Positions 12,115 to 23,130 of a DNA stretch of 36,585 bases are shown here, piece by piece; the first letter of the stretch is position 1, and every line of letters begins with the position of its first letter. The notes under the pieces are model-generated. The model worked only from the letters and a program-made list of their open reading frames with translations. It made no database searches and was not told the DNA's origin. This stretch comes from Octopus bimaculoides (lineage: Eukaryota): the NCBI RefSeq assembly GCF_001194135.2, contig NC_068981.1, positions 23,542,113-23,578,697 on the forward strand. Direction: 5' to 3'. The position numbers and the translations under genes are program-made.

Positions 12115-12823
12115 TGAAAGAAGACAAAATACCGGCCAGAACAAGAGAAAATACTGAACTGAGCGAAAGAAATATTTAAGATCCAATGTATATATTGATT
12201 TACATTAAATCTTTCTTCCCCCAATACATAACTGGTATTTATTTAATGGATCTAGAAAATATGAAAGATAGAGTATTCAATGAGACAGTATGGGGCGTGA
12301 CTAAATACCACGAAGTATTTTAAAGACACGAGTTTTATTGTGTTATAAAAATCGTTTAAATAAGTGTAACCTATACAAAGGTGAGATATTTGATATTTTT
12401 ACCGGCTAAATACTTCGAAATCAATGCGAAATGAGATGAAAGAGAAAATGTTGCTAGTTTGGAGAGTGCTTCAGAATCAGGCGCATAAGATCAATGCAGA
12501 AAACCAAACTTGCAATAATATCGTGTTGTCGCCAAGAAACAAAAAAAAGAAAGAAAAAAAGTAGACGATGAGAAAATGTGTATAATGTCAAGTGGATTCC
12601 GATTTGAGTGGGTTGAGAAAGAATAAGAGAAGAGAAAAGTTTTAAGAGATAAAAGAAAAAAAGTGAATGAAATGACGAACTATTGACAGACTTTAAAACA
12701 ATGAAAATTTAAAAAAATAAACAAATAGAAAACGGGGACATTAAAAAATTAAAAACATTTTCTCGTTTGAGCAATGGCTTTCATGATAAAATATGGCCTA
12801 TATAATCTTCTATAATTTTAGAG

Positions 12824-13333
12824 CAAGGTTGGGGAATCTTTTTAGTGCGGCGGATAAAAATTTTCAAAGAAAAATGTTCGCAGGCATATCGTAAGTGTAA
12901 ATCTGTGTAAATCGTGTATATATCGATGTATAATTCGATATACACTAATGTAAGTAAGTTTAACACATTAAATTAACGCGTAACATCTTCATTAACGCCG
13001 CCACTGAATTTAGGACGTTTATATTACCTATTTTGTATTCTTTATTTTTCAGCTAGAGTGTAGTTGGGTCTCAAAGGGGTGGTACAAACCATAGCAATAT
13101 GTGTTTTATAGCGAAAAAAAAAAAATTCGCATAAAAAATCGATTACCGGACGATTTTCTGTTTGAGTTTAACCGTTTTAAGTCGTAGTGGGAACGCGACC
13201 TATATCACAAATAGGCATACGAATATTGTATAAATTTTATAATTAAAAAAAATTACTATATTTTGTACATACGAATATACCAGCCTGCGGGGGCAATGAA
13301 ATGGGCTCGCGGGCGGGAGTTTCCCCACCTCTG
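12824..13333. mobile_element. hAT MITE, 510 bp
   Basis: Left end caaggttggggaa versus reverse complement of the right end cagaggtggggaa (10/13). 8-bp TSD ttttagag (12816-12823) and tttttgag (13334-13341), 7/8 identical, close to the Charlie NTCTAGAN preference. Confidence 0.75.
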
Positions 13334-13574
13334 TTTTTGAGGTTAAACAGAGGACGTGGTAAGTGACATCATCCATTTTTAAGTGTTTCAGTAAAGTACA
13401 TTGAATGTCGAATAGCAAAGTTGATCCGAATTACGTTCCTTCCTAGAGTTATCTCCCTTCGGTAATGCACGTACACCAACACATATTATATCCACACACA
13501 CACACACACACACGCGCATTTTGTCCGCCGAACCAACAATCTTGTCAGCTCGCCGCTTTCATAATACCAATTAA

Positions 13575-13720
13575 TAATTCTTTTTACAAGCAACAAAAGG
13601 TCTAAAATTTTGTGGGGAAGGGTCGATTACATCAACTCCAATGATTAGCTTGTACTTCATTTTCTCAACCTGAAAAAGATGAATGGCAAATCGACCTAAC
13701 GGAATTCGAAATCGGAGGAA
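13575..13720 (-). mobile_element. SINE family A, degenerate
   Basis: Reverse complement of the family A core (gatgaatggcaaatcgacc; gtcgattacatcaactcc). Confidence 0.6.
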
Positions 13721-13789
13721 ACGTCACGTAACAGCGTGTTTTGTTTGCTAAGGAGAAGACATGCTCACAGCCTTCACAAATTATACGCT

Positions 13790-13866
13790 TGCAGAGGAAC
13801 TTCAACACGCAAGCCTCGTAATATTTAACGCATGAAGGCCTGATGCTCTACTGACTGAGCTATGCA
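13790..13866 (-). pseudogene. tRNA-Lys-like pseudogene or SINE head
   Basis: Minus strand tagctcagtcagtagagcatcag differs by one base from the eukaryotic tRNA-Lys(UUU) D-arm (TAGCTCAGTCGGTAGAGCATCAG). The B box is decayed (gttgaagttcc), and the anticodon and acceptor arms are broken. Confidence 0.45.
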
Positions 13867-13879
13867 TGTGGACTAAATT

Positions 13880-14070
13880 TTAGTACAAGGCCAGAAAATA
13901 TCGGGGAAGGAGTATATTGACTCCAGTACTTGATCGGTACTTTGTTGAATGGGCCCACGAAAAGATGAAAACCAAGGTCGAATTCGGCGAAATTTAAACT
14001 CAGAACGTATTGAGCCGGGAGAAATACCGTTAAACATTTTGTCCGACAGGCTAACGATTCATCGTTTTAA
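13880..14070 (-). mobile_element. SINE family A, degenerate
   Basis: aaactcagaacgta ... gaaataccgttaaacattttgtccgacaggctaacgattc is the reverse complement of the family A head. Confidence 0.7.
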
Positions 14071-14084
14071 CAATGCTAATAATA

Positions 14085-14263
14085 CTTTCTACTATAGGCA
14101 CAAGGTCTGGAATTTGTGGGGAAGGTGCCAGTACGCAACTGGTACGTAATTTACCGACCCCGAAAAGATGAAAGGCAAAATCGACCTCGGCGGAATTTGA
14201 ACTTAGAATGTAATGATGGGCGAAATAACGCTAAGCATTTTGTCTAGTGTGATTCTCAGCTGT

Positions 14264-14264
<1 letters not shown>
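14085..14264 (-). mobile_element. SINE family A
   Basis: ctactataggcacaagg ... gaccccgaaaagatgaaaggcaaaatcgacctcggcggaatttgaact. Confidence 0.8.

Positions 14265-14318
<54 letters not shown>
14265..14318. repeat. (TAA)n microsatellite
   Basis: About 18 perfect units. Confidence 0.95.
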
Positions 14319-14320
<2 letters not shown>

Positions 14321-15702
14321 GAATCCGGTGCAATACTATGCAGGGAAGAGTTTGTATGCTCCCGACTCCAAAAAAGAACAGTGCTATACACACCTCATTA
14401 TCATGGAGATGTAACAGGTGATGCAGTAGAAATTTGTCTGAAACAACCAAACGTTGAATAATAATGATAAGAATAATGGTAGTCTATCATTGGGACTAAG
14501 CAATAGCAAAGGTTGTAGATGATTTGACTTATTTCATTTACTCTAGCTATTTCTGAAACCACATAGTAATGCAAAATAACTAAGTATTTTCCGACATTTC
14601 GTCCATCACACTATTATTTCTTCCTTCTGCAGTCCCCATAATACCAAACCAATGAAAATATGAAGTAGTAACTTCGTTCTTATTCCTGCCTTTCATTTTA
14701 ATTAATCATCTATTTTTGCTCTATAAATCATCATAATTCAGATAAATGCCAGGTTTATATCAAACGTTGCATCGTAGTTCAATAATTCTGCAAGTATAAT
14801 ATCTTTAGAATCGTAAAATATCTGTTTGACTGGTCTGTATAAATGGTGAATCCTGGAAGCGGTAAACTGAAACAGCGTAACACTCTATCATCAATATATA
14901 TGATTGATTCCAAACAGCCTTTTACTTGTGTTCAATATGTCAGTTTGTTGGGTTACTACGCAGTATGCCATGCAGTATATCCTTTTAGCAACTTGACAAA
15001 TAACACTTATCTTTAATTGCACATTTTCGATTCTTAACCTTGAAATTAGAAATGTGTGCCAAAATAACATCTTTCAGTTTCAACTAGAGATATTATTGGT
15101 CATATTTGTTTTCGCAGATATGTTCTTGCAAAGTGCACAAATAAAAAGCGTAAAGCACTATCTTAGGTATTCTGTGTTCCTAGATATCTTCCGTATTTGA
15201 AGGTCCTATTGAATGTACTTCTAGCAAATCCTGCTTACCGATAAACTTCCACGTACTAGTGTCGTCCAAATGAAATCCTGTTACATCATACTAGACTTAT
15301 ATAAATTACTATGAAAAGTGATATTGGAATATATTTGGCAGTTAGCAGCGATCCAAGGAAGTTCCAACCATCTTACTCATCAACTGTCCGTATATGAAAC
15401 TTAGAAAAACTCTTCATACCTGTCCTAAAATATTTGACGATCATTCATCCCAACAACACTTAAATATAACATTACCAGAACAGAGTCGCTGAGACAATGC
15501 CTGTTCTTCATGTTCACACCATTGTTTACACCCAAAAAAGTTATTGAACCACCATAAATGCTGTTGATGACTAACACTAGTGTACAACTCTTATTTGTAG
15601 GCTACTAGTATGTTGACACATTCTAGAAATCGTCAAAGAGAATGGCTTTCAAGTTGGCTGGCAAATATTCACTCATCGGCACATAATAACCATAAACTTA
15701 AG

Positions 15703-16140
15703 TAGTTGTATGCTATCAACTTAATGTGACAGTCCCCTGAAGGGAATAATACTACTGTTGGTTAGACCTAGGAAGCTGCACCGACTCCTGTGGGCCTTGA
15801 CAAATTTTCTGTTTCCTTATGTTTACAAGGTAGGGGGGGGACAAGCACTTCCACCCAGCTAAGCCTGCATCCAGAGACATGTTTCTGAGTCTTTGCTCGT
15901 CAGAAACATGTCTCAGGATGCAGGCTTAGCTGGGTGGAGGAGCTTGTCCCCACCCCTTTGTAAACATAAGGACATAGGAAATGTGTCAAGGCCGACAGGA
16001 AGCAGTGCAGCTTCCTAGGTCTAACCAACAGTTGTATTATTCCCTTCAGGGGACTGTCACATTAAGTTGACAGCGTACAACTACTTCATCGTATCACTAC
16101 TGCATAAATCTCTGAGAGATTTAGATATGTATTATTTCTA
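15703..16140 (+). mobile_element. Palindromic non-autonomous element, copy 1 (long inverted arms plus asymmetric hairpin tail)
   Basis: Arms 15700-15888 and 15900-16086 are roughly 90% identical by eye, with an 11-nt loop. The tail 16087-16140 has hairpin taaatctc-tga-gagattta and is shared with the copy at 34241-34533. Confidence 0.85.
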
Positions 16141-16788
16141 AACCATCAACTTACACATCCATTATTCCTTCTCCTTCCCCACCGTTTTTAATCGCTACTT
16201 CAACGGCCTTTGCTCGTTTAAAAAACTATCCAACTACATATCATCTCCACCCAGTCAGTCCTTTCTTATGCACTCGAATAAAGGTCTTTCATGATCCTTA
16301 ACGTATCTCACTCCCGTAGCCATACGTTGTGGAATGCAAGCTATGGGATATGACGTTTGGAAGATGACAATGTTAATTTCAGTGAAAACGCGAAGTGTGG
16401 TTAAAAAGTTAGCTTCATAACTACGTGATTTGGGGATTCGATCTCATTGCACGATGCATAGGCAAAAATATTATTCGACAACCCACAAAAATCTTATGAC
16501 GGAAATTTGAGCGACGGCGATGTTTGGAAAAATATGGAGGAACCATTTCTGTTTTAGGGTTGTAAACTTAATCTTTAGCCTTATTTAACTCACTGGTTCT
16601 TGGACGCTATTACTGAATTCCACTCTGCTGCAAGTATTCGAGCCATGACTGTGGCTTGAGGGTAACTTTCTATCTCCTCTACCGTCATTCTCTTTCTAAG
16701 CCACTAAAAGACACGTGCATGTACATATAAAATTGCCATTACTAGAGATTTAGGATACATAATGCTTATGAATATTAGCAACATTTAA

Positions 16789-17015
16789 CCCGTTAGCATT
16801 TTAAATGGTCCTATCTGGTCCCAAATTCCACCTGTTTTTTTTGTTTTTTTTCAGAATGGCTAGATCCAGCCTCTCACACCTATCTTACAATGACATTCTT
16901 AAAATAAGTAATCACATCATCGAAATAACAAAGCTACAAGATAATACATGAGTGATTGAAAACACTGTAAATAGATAGGCATAGCATTTGACTGAGTAAA
17001 TTGAATGCTAAAGGG
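16789..17015. mobile_element. piggyBac-type MITE, 227 bp
   Basis: TTAA at 16785-16788 and at 17016-17019. TIR cccgttagcatt versus ccctttagcatt (11/12), with the CCC...GGG termini typical of piggyBac. Confidence 0.8.
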
Positions 17016-17675
17016 TTAAAGAAAAACAGCCAGAAATGAGTTCAGCCGCATATCTTCCGATATTGTCTGGGAAACACAAAATAATAACATGAAAGTTGGT
17101 TTCCCAGTTATAATTAGTGTTCTTAGAAACAATTACAAATATAGTGAAATGTCAATAAACTATTGAAGTGAATGTTTCAATTAAGGTATATTGATGTATA
17201 AATTCAATTTTATTCCAAATAATTATTAGAGCGACTGGTCTCTATATAAACAGGACTATTTATTCAGCCTGGCTGGTATTTGCTATACCAATGAATGCAT
17301 TATTCACTGTTCCCTATGTCGTAAGTGATAGACCTCGTTCAAATATGTGATTGACTGCAAGCATACGTGATTGATAGGCCCCCAATAGGCGAAATGTGTA
17401 TGGTAATCTTGCTCGCCGCTGCTGAGGCAATTTCTTGTCACCATCGATATATATTATATTTTTATTTTTCATGACAAACGAAACCGCAGTAACTGACTTG
17501 ATACATAGAGGGCTACGTATGAATGTCTGTCTGTCTGTATGTCTGTATATATGTATGTATGTATGTATGCATGTCATTCAGTTTATTTCAAAATATCTTG
17601 CTAATAGAGAAAGCACTAATCCCTAACCTAGATCCAAGGATCCTTCATTGGAATTTCAATATCAAAACAGGGTAT

Positions 17676-17775
17676 TTATGTATGTATGTATGTATGTATG
17701 TATGTATTTATGTATGTATGTATGTATGTATGTATGTATGTATGTATGCATGTATCTATGTACGCATGTATGTAT
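17676..17775. repeat. (TATG)n microsatellite
   Basis: Directly visible; a shorter run lies at about 17537-17570. Confidence 0.9.
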
Positions 17776-17831
17776 GTTTTATGTATGTGTTCTCATGCAT
17801 ATAGTTGCATGTGTACACATGCTCATATATA

Positions 17832-18940
17832 TTTAAATGATAAGCTTCTGGAAAGTTTTACAGACTTTTACACTTCCAGTGATGGACTGGATCTGTAATC
17901 AGCTTTCTCCTTTCTGGTTTTGAGAAACCTAATTTCTCAAGATTGGTATTTAGGCAGTGTTTTACATATCCCAGGGCCCCAATAATTACAGGTATAAACT
18001 TGAACTTGTAATCTGGATAGAGTAATTGCAGATTTCTCAATAGTTCAGCATAGGTGTTTTCTTTTTCACTGATCTTCAGCTTTATGTTAACAACTATTGG
18101 GCAGCTAATTTCCACAACTGTGCACCGTTTCTCTTCTGTATCCCAAATCATTATATCAGGTCTGTTGTGCTTACATTTTATATTGAGGTCTTCACTGGTA
18201 CATTCCACCAGTATTCCTTTTTACTATAAGTTGCGATGGCTTCTACCATATTGTGGGTTCTTATTTTTGTCCTCAGGATTATCCTTCCGACAGATTTCAT
18301 TATAGAATGTCCTAGCAACAACGTCATGACCCATCGGTAGATAATACCGTGATGACATTTTCGGATAACTGCTTAAGATGTGGGTGATATCTTCAATGTG
18401 AGCTCCACAAAGTCTGCTTCGGCTGTTACACGTTACAGCTTTTCCTGCATCTCTATCCTTTTTGTGCATCAGGTACTTGGTTGATATTTCCTGTTCCTGG
18501 ATTGCAAACGCATACCCTTCGAAGTGGGAGGTAGTAATCCGGCTATTGGTCCCTAATAAACTGCTTTGATGATCGATGTAACTATCATGACGGAGCATTC
18601 TACTTACAGATCCTTGCATAGTCTTATGCTCATATAGGCTCATCCCTTCTGCTGATGATACGTCGTGGTTTAGTCATGCGACTTGTTTGGGCATGTATTC
18701 TAGTTTATCAGACAATGAATATAGCTCAAGGAACTGTCTTCCAAGTCTTATGATGTTATCAGCCACATGTATGCAAACTTGGTCAAGGGATGCACTTCCC
18801 CACTTGGTGGTTAAACGATGTTACCAAAGGGATATGATACGACATTCAAAGGCATTTTGGATTGATGTTAAGCCTCTACCACCTTGTTTTCGTTTAAGGT
18901 AGAGGCAGTCTACCTCGGTGTTTATGTGGAAATTATGTGT
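17832..18940 (-). mobile_element. Decayed R4/Dong-like RLE non-LTR retrotransposon, C-terminal portion of the ORF
   Basis: Minus-strand ORFs give LYLKRKQGGRGL, then FEGYAFAIQEQEISTKYL, the degenerate CCHC knuckle SRLCG..EDITHILSSYP..RYYLPMGHDVVA, and the restriction-like endonuclease HNRPDIMIWD...CTVVEISCP...IPVIIGALG. The stop lies at about 17832. Frameshifts are present. Confidence 0.85.
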
Positions 18941-18990
18941 ACATACATACATACATACATACATACATACATACATACATACATGCATAC
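18941..18990. repeat. (CATA)n microsatellite
   Basis: Directly visible at the LINE/SINE junction. Confidence 0.9.
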
Positions 18991-19174
18991 ATGAGTGGCT
19001 GTGTGGTAAGAAGCTTGCTTCCCAACAACATGGTTCTGCGTTCAGTCCCACTGCGTGGCACCTTGTGAATGGATTTGGTAGACGGAAACTAAATGAATCC
19101 TGTCGTATATGTATGTATATGTGTGTGTGTTTGTGTGTCTGTATTTGTCCCCCACCATCGCTTGACAACCGATG
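18991..19174 (+). mobile_element. SINE family B with a truncated tail
   Basis: gagtggctgtgtggtaagaagcttgcttcccaac...ttcagtcccactgcgtggcaccttg...(TG)n...accatcgcttgacaaccgatg. Confidence 0.8.
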
Positions 19175-19478
19175 AAAGTAACGTGCAAGTGGCTGAGCAC
19201 TCCACAGATACGTACGCCCTCAACGTGGTTCTCGGGGAGATTTAGCGTGGCACAGACTCCGACAAGACTGGCCCTTTGAAATACAAGTACCACCGAAACA
19301 GGAAGAAAGAGTGAGAGAAAGTTGTGGTGAGAGAGTATAGCAGGGTTTGCCACCACCCCTGCCGGAGCCACATGGAGCTTTAGGTGTTTTCGCTCAATAC
19401 ATACTCACGACGCCCTGTCTGGGAATCGAAACTGCGATCCTAAAACCGCAAGTCCGTAGCCCTAACCACTGGGCCTCC
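19175..19478 (-). mobile_element. tRNA-derived SINE, third family
   Basis: Minus strand ggcccagtggttagggctacggac (A box) ... gtttcgattcccagac (B box). The body is unrelated to families A and B. Confidence 0.7.
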
Positions 19479-19486
19479 GTATACAT

Positions 19487-19705
19487 ATTCTTTTTTCTTT
19501 ATTCTATTTGTTTCAGTCATTTGACTGCGGCTATGCTGGAGCACCGCCTTTAGTCGAACAAATCGACCCCAGAACTTATTGTTTATAAGCCTAGTACTTA
19601 TGCCATCAGTGTGCTTTTGCCGAACCGCTAAGTTACGGTGACGTAAACACACCAGCATCGGTTGTCAAGCGATGGTAGGGTTGAAACACGGGCACACAAA
19701 CATCG

Positions 19706-19748
<43 letters not shown>

Positions 19749-19936
19749 TACACACAAATATGTATATTCGACGGGATTCATTCAGTTTCCATCTGCCAAA
19801 TCCTCTCACAAGGCTTTGGTCGGCCCGAGGCTATAGTAGAAGACACTTGCCCAAGTGTCTTGCTACGGAGAGGGACTGAACACGGAACCATGTGGTTGGA
19901 AAGCAAGCTACTTATCATACAGCCACTCCTGCGCCT
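19487..19936 (-). mobile_element. SINE family B, near full length, with internal (TG)n
   Basis: Minus strand aggcgcaggagtggctg...cacttgggcaagtgtcttctactatagcctcgggccgaccaaagccttgtg...(TG)n...gcttgacaaccgatgctggtgtgtttacgtc...ggtgctccagcatagccgcagtcaaatgactgaaac. Confidence 0.85.
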
Positions 19937-20023
19937 ATATATATATATATATATAACTTTGGTTCTTTTCTCTAAATTATATATATATGTATATATGTAT
20001 GTATTGTTATATATATATATATG

Positions 20024-20085
20024 TAGAGAGAGAGAGAGTGAGAGAGAGAGAAAGAGAGAGGGAGAGAGAGAAAAGAGAGAGAGAG

Positions 20086-20133
<48 letters not shown>
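20024..20133. repeat. (GA)n microsatellite
   Basis: Imperfect GA run. Confidence 0.95.
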
Positions 20134-20708
20134 GAGAATATCAATAGCAAATAGGAAGCGGTACTATTAGTATATAGAGTATAGCTAGAATTGGTTTCTC
20201 AAAGAAGGTGATGCAATAACCCTAAAATTTCACATAAGTACATTAGCATAACCGACAGAAATAAACTCAAACTGAAAGCATTTTGAAAAAGTAATAATAC
20301 TTCTCTTTCCCGTCTATCTCCTTCTTTCACTCTTTCTTTTCTTTTCTATCAACTTTCCTTATAAATTTATGACTGGGCATTTGACTGATAAAATAAGAAA
20401 AATCATAATAATTCAAATTTAAGTTTCTAATGTTGACGTAGTGACACAAGGGTCTTGACTTCGCTTTTATTTCAGAGAGTAGAATTATGGGCATTAATTG
20501 AATATTCAAATAATTTAAGATGCATTAAAGGAAGCCCAAAGATTTATGTATTTTACATATATGAGTGTTTCCGTGCTTGTGTATATACATTACTATGTTT
20601 ATTGGCTCACATCTGCATACATATATGTATGTGTGAGTGTATACGTAGTTTATATTTTTCTGTATGTACATATATATGCACATACACGCGCGCGCGCACA
20701 CACACTTG

Positions 20709-20749
<41 letters not shown>

Positions 20750-20867
20750 NNNNNNNNNNNNNNNNNNNNNNNNNNNNNNNNNNNNNNNNNNNNNNNNNNN
20801 NNNNNNNNNNNNNNNNNNNNNNNNNNNNNNNNNNNNNNNNNNNNNNNNNNNNNNNNNNNNNNNNNNN
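20750..20867. other. Assembly gap between (AT)n and (GT)n
   Basis: Run of N. Confidence 0.99.
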
Positions 20868-21526
20868 GTGTGTGTGTGTGTGCGTGTGTGTGTGTGTGTG
20901 CGTGTGTATGTGTGTGTATGTGTGCGCATGTGTTCGTGTGCATCTTGGTGGTGTTATTTCTTTTTACAGTGTATGCTGGGAGCAATTAAAATAGAAGACG
21001 CAACAAAAAGTGCGTGATATTGATTGCTCTTTCTTAGTGTAGAAATAATTTTATGCAAAGTCTGTATCTAATCCGTGGTATTCAAACCTGTTTACTAAGA
21101 AATGTTTTATAGGAATTTAGACTTGATACCTTCTGCTTGTCTTTTATGGCTCCCCACCTTTCTTTAATGTGTGTTGTATTTTTCTTTTCTTATTTGTCAA
21201 TTTGGTCATTTATTCATTTGAAGTTATTCAGACTTTTATCCATTTCCAGGCCGAGCGTCTTACTTCAAAAGATTCTGGTGTTTCTCACCACGATATTCCT
21301 GATTATTGAAGTCCACTAATCTATTAGAGTAGATTTCTTCTTTTATCGAACCGTTAGTGTAACAAGTTGGATTGCCGATCCGTCAGATGGAAAAGGACAT
21401 CAATGGATCTCACCATGAGTTTTAGAACTAAGTAAATGTCAACAGGATAAAATGATTTCCGGTGCTTATTGTTTTCATTTCATTTCTTTTTCATTTCCTT
21501 ATCTTTCCTTGAACCCTTTCATTATT

Positions 21527-21582
<56 letters not shown>
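21527..21582. repeat. (GTA)n microsatellite
   Basis: About 18 perfect units. Confidence 0.95.
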
Positions 21583-22582
21583 CGTTGTTGCTCTTGCTTT
21601 GTCATTGATGTTGTTCAAGTACTATTATGAGTAATGCAACGGCTAGCCACTCTCCTCATTATTACTCATTCTCATTAATCTCTTTTGTCTCATAAAGATT
21701 AAAGCCAGAAACTTAGCAAACACAGGAAATGCAGTATTTAATTCCAGCCCACTTCGATCTAATCGAATTCCGACAATTTCAGCCTTGTCTGTCACCCAGG
21801 ATAGATGGAATAATTACAACCAACTCATACGTATATTCATTTAAACAAAAACAACCTCTGTGATAAAATTAGAACAAAAACACTGCATAATGTAGGAGTT
21901 AGATGTTGAGAAAAAAATCTACTATCAACCTTGTGTTGAAGACTTGGGTTTTAGAATCGGTTTCTTGATATCTAACCTTAAATTCATTTTGACAAATTTC
22001 TTTGACCCGTAAAATACCGGTTTTTCTTTAATCCGCTCTATCTCTATCGTTGTTTAAATATGTCAAGTGTTTGAAAATATTGTACTGTTTCTATTTAATT
22101 TCCATTTTGAATATATTTTTGCCCTCCCCACTAACCTCTAAATGTATACAATACAAACAGCCGTATATATACAAATATTGTGTATTGTATACTTTGCAGG
22201 ATGGGGATATATATTAGAGCATCGGTGGTATTAATCTAAAAAAAAAAACCATTAGTTTTATGGCGTTGCTATGAACTACACCACAATCTGTGACACCTAC
22301 TATCTGCTTTGTGGACTGAGTTATTGAGAGTAAAACATCTTATCCAAAGCTGTCAAGTCGTAGTAGTATGAGTTCTTTCAAATAGTTTTAAGTCATTCAA
22401 CCGTGATTTTCAGAGACATACGAGGCAGGCAGGAAATGTATGGCAGAATAGGTTGAGCGATGGCCGAAATATCTTGTGGTAGTTAGTTGCGTATTTACAT
22501 ATTTAATGAATTCAATGCACCTAACGCTGTCATTTATATTTCTATTTTTGATAAAATAAATATCGCTAATATTGATTTTAAA

Positions 22583-22778
22583 TTTTGATACAAGGCTAGC
22601 AAGTTCGGGATGGAGATAAGTCGATCATATCGACCCCAGTGCTCAAATGGTACTTAATTCATCGACCCTCAAAAGGATGAAAGTCAAAGTCAACGAACTT
22701 TGAACTCAGAACGTAAAAACGGACGAAATGCCGTTAAGCATTTTGTCCGGCGCGCTAACGATTCTGCCAGTTCGCCGC
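22583..22778 (-). mobile_element. SINE family A
   Basis: gtcgatcatatcgaccccagtgctcaaatggtacttaattcatcgaccctcaaaaggatgaaag...gctaacgattctgccagttcgccgcc. Confidence 0.85.
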
Positions 22779-22974
22779 CTAATAAATAGCACAAATATAT
22801 CGGCAAAGTTATCGGTGATAAGAGGTTCGCTGTGCCATGTGGTTTATTTCTATTATGCGACACTTTGGCAAGTGACTTTTATCGCTTTTTCCCTACACTT
22901 ATGTTGGCCAGTAATTTGTGAATGAAATTTAGTCGACGGAAACTGCATGGAAGGCTGTACAATAATATAGTAGA

Positions 22975-23130
22975 AATTCATTGAAAAACTAAAGACGAAG
23001 ACAGGTGTATGAAAAACAAGCAAGAGTATTAGTTTGACGCTCGGGAACAATGAAAAGGTCTTTTACGTTTCGAGTCTACGTTCTTCGACAGAAAGGAATA
23101 AGAGGAAATAAAGAGAGAGAGAATTGAAGA
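22975..23130 (-). mobile_element. Possible Penelope-like pseudo-LTR remnant with a decayed hammerhead-like motif
   Basis: Minus strand CTGTCGA-agaacgtagactc-GAAAC-gtaaaagac at 23058-23091. It deviates from the CUGANGA core and the stems are imperfect. Confidence 0.3.

Noticed and set aside
13790-13866. Functional tRNA gene
   Set aside because: Only the D-arm is conserved; no cloverleaf can be formed.
14880-15210. Minus-strand IIYIDD (14887-14898) and FKYEDI-like (15183-15201) motifs reminiscent of DIRS-type reverse transcriptase
   Set aside because: Only two short motifs, one needing a frameshift, and the intervening residues match poorly. A frameshift-aware search against DIRS/Ngaro RTs would be needed.
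19042-20147. ORFs of 68-161 aa in the SINE cluster
   Set aside because: They read through SINE bodies and (CA)/(GA) repeats.
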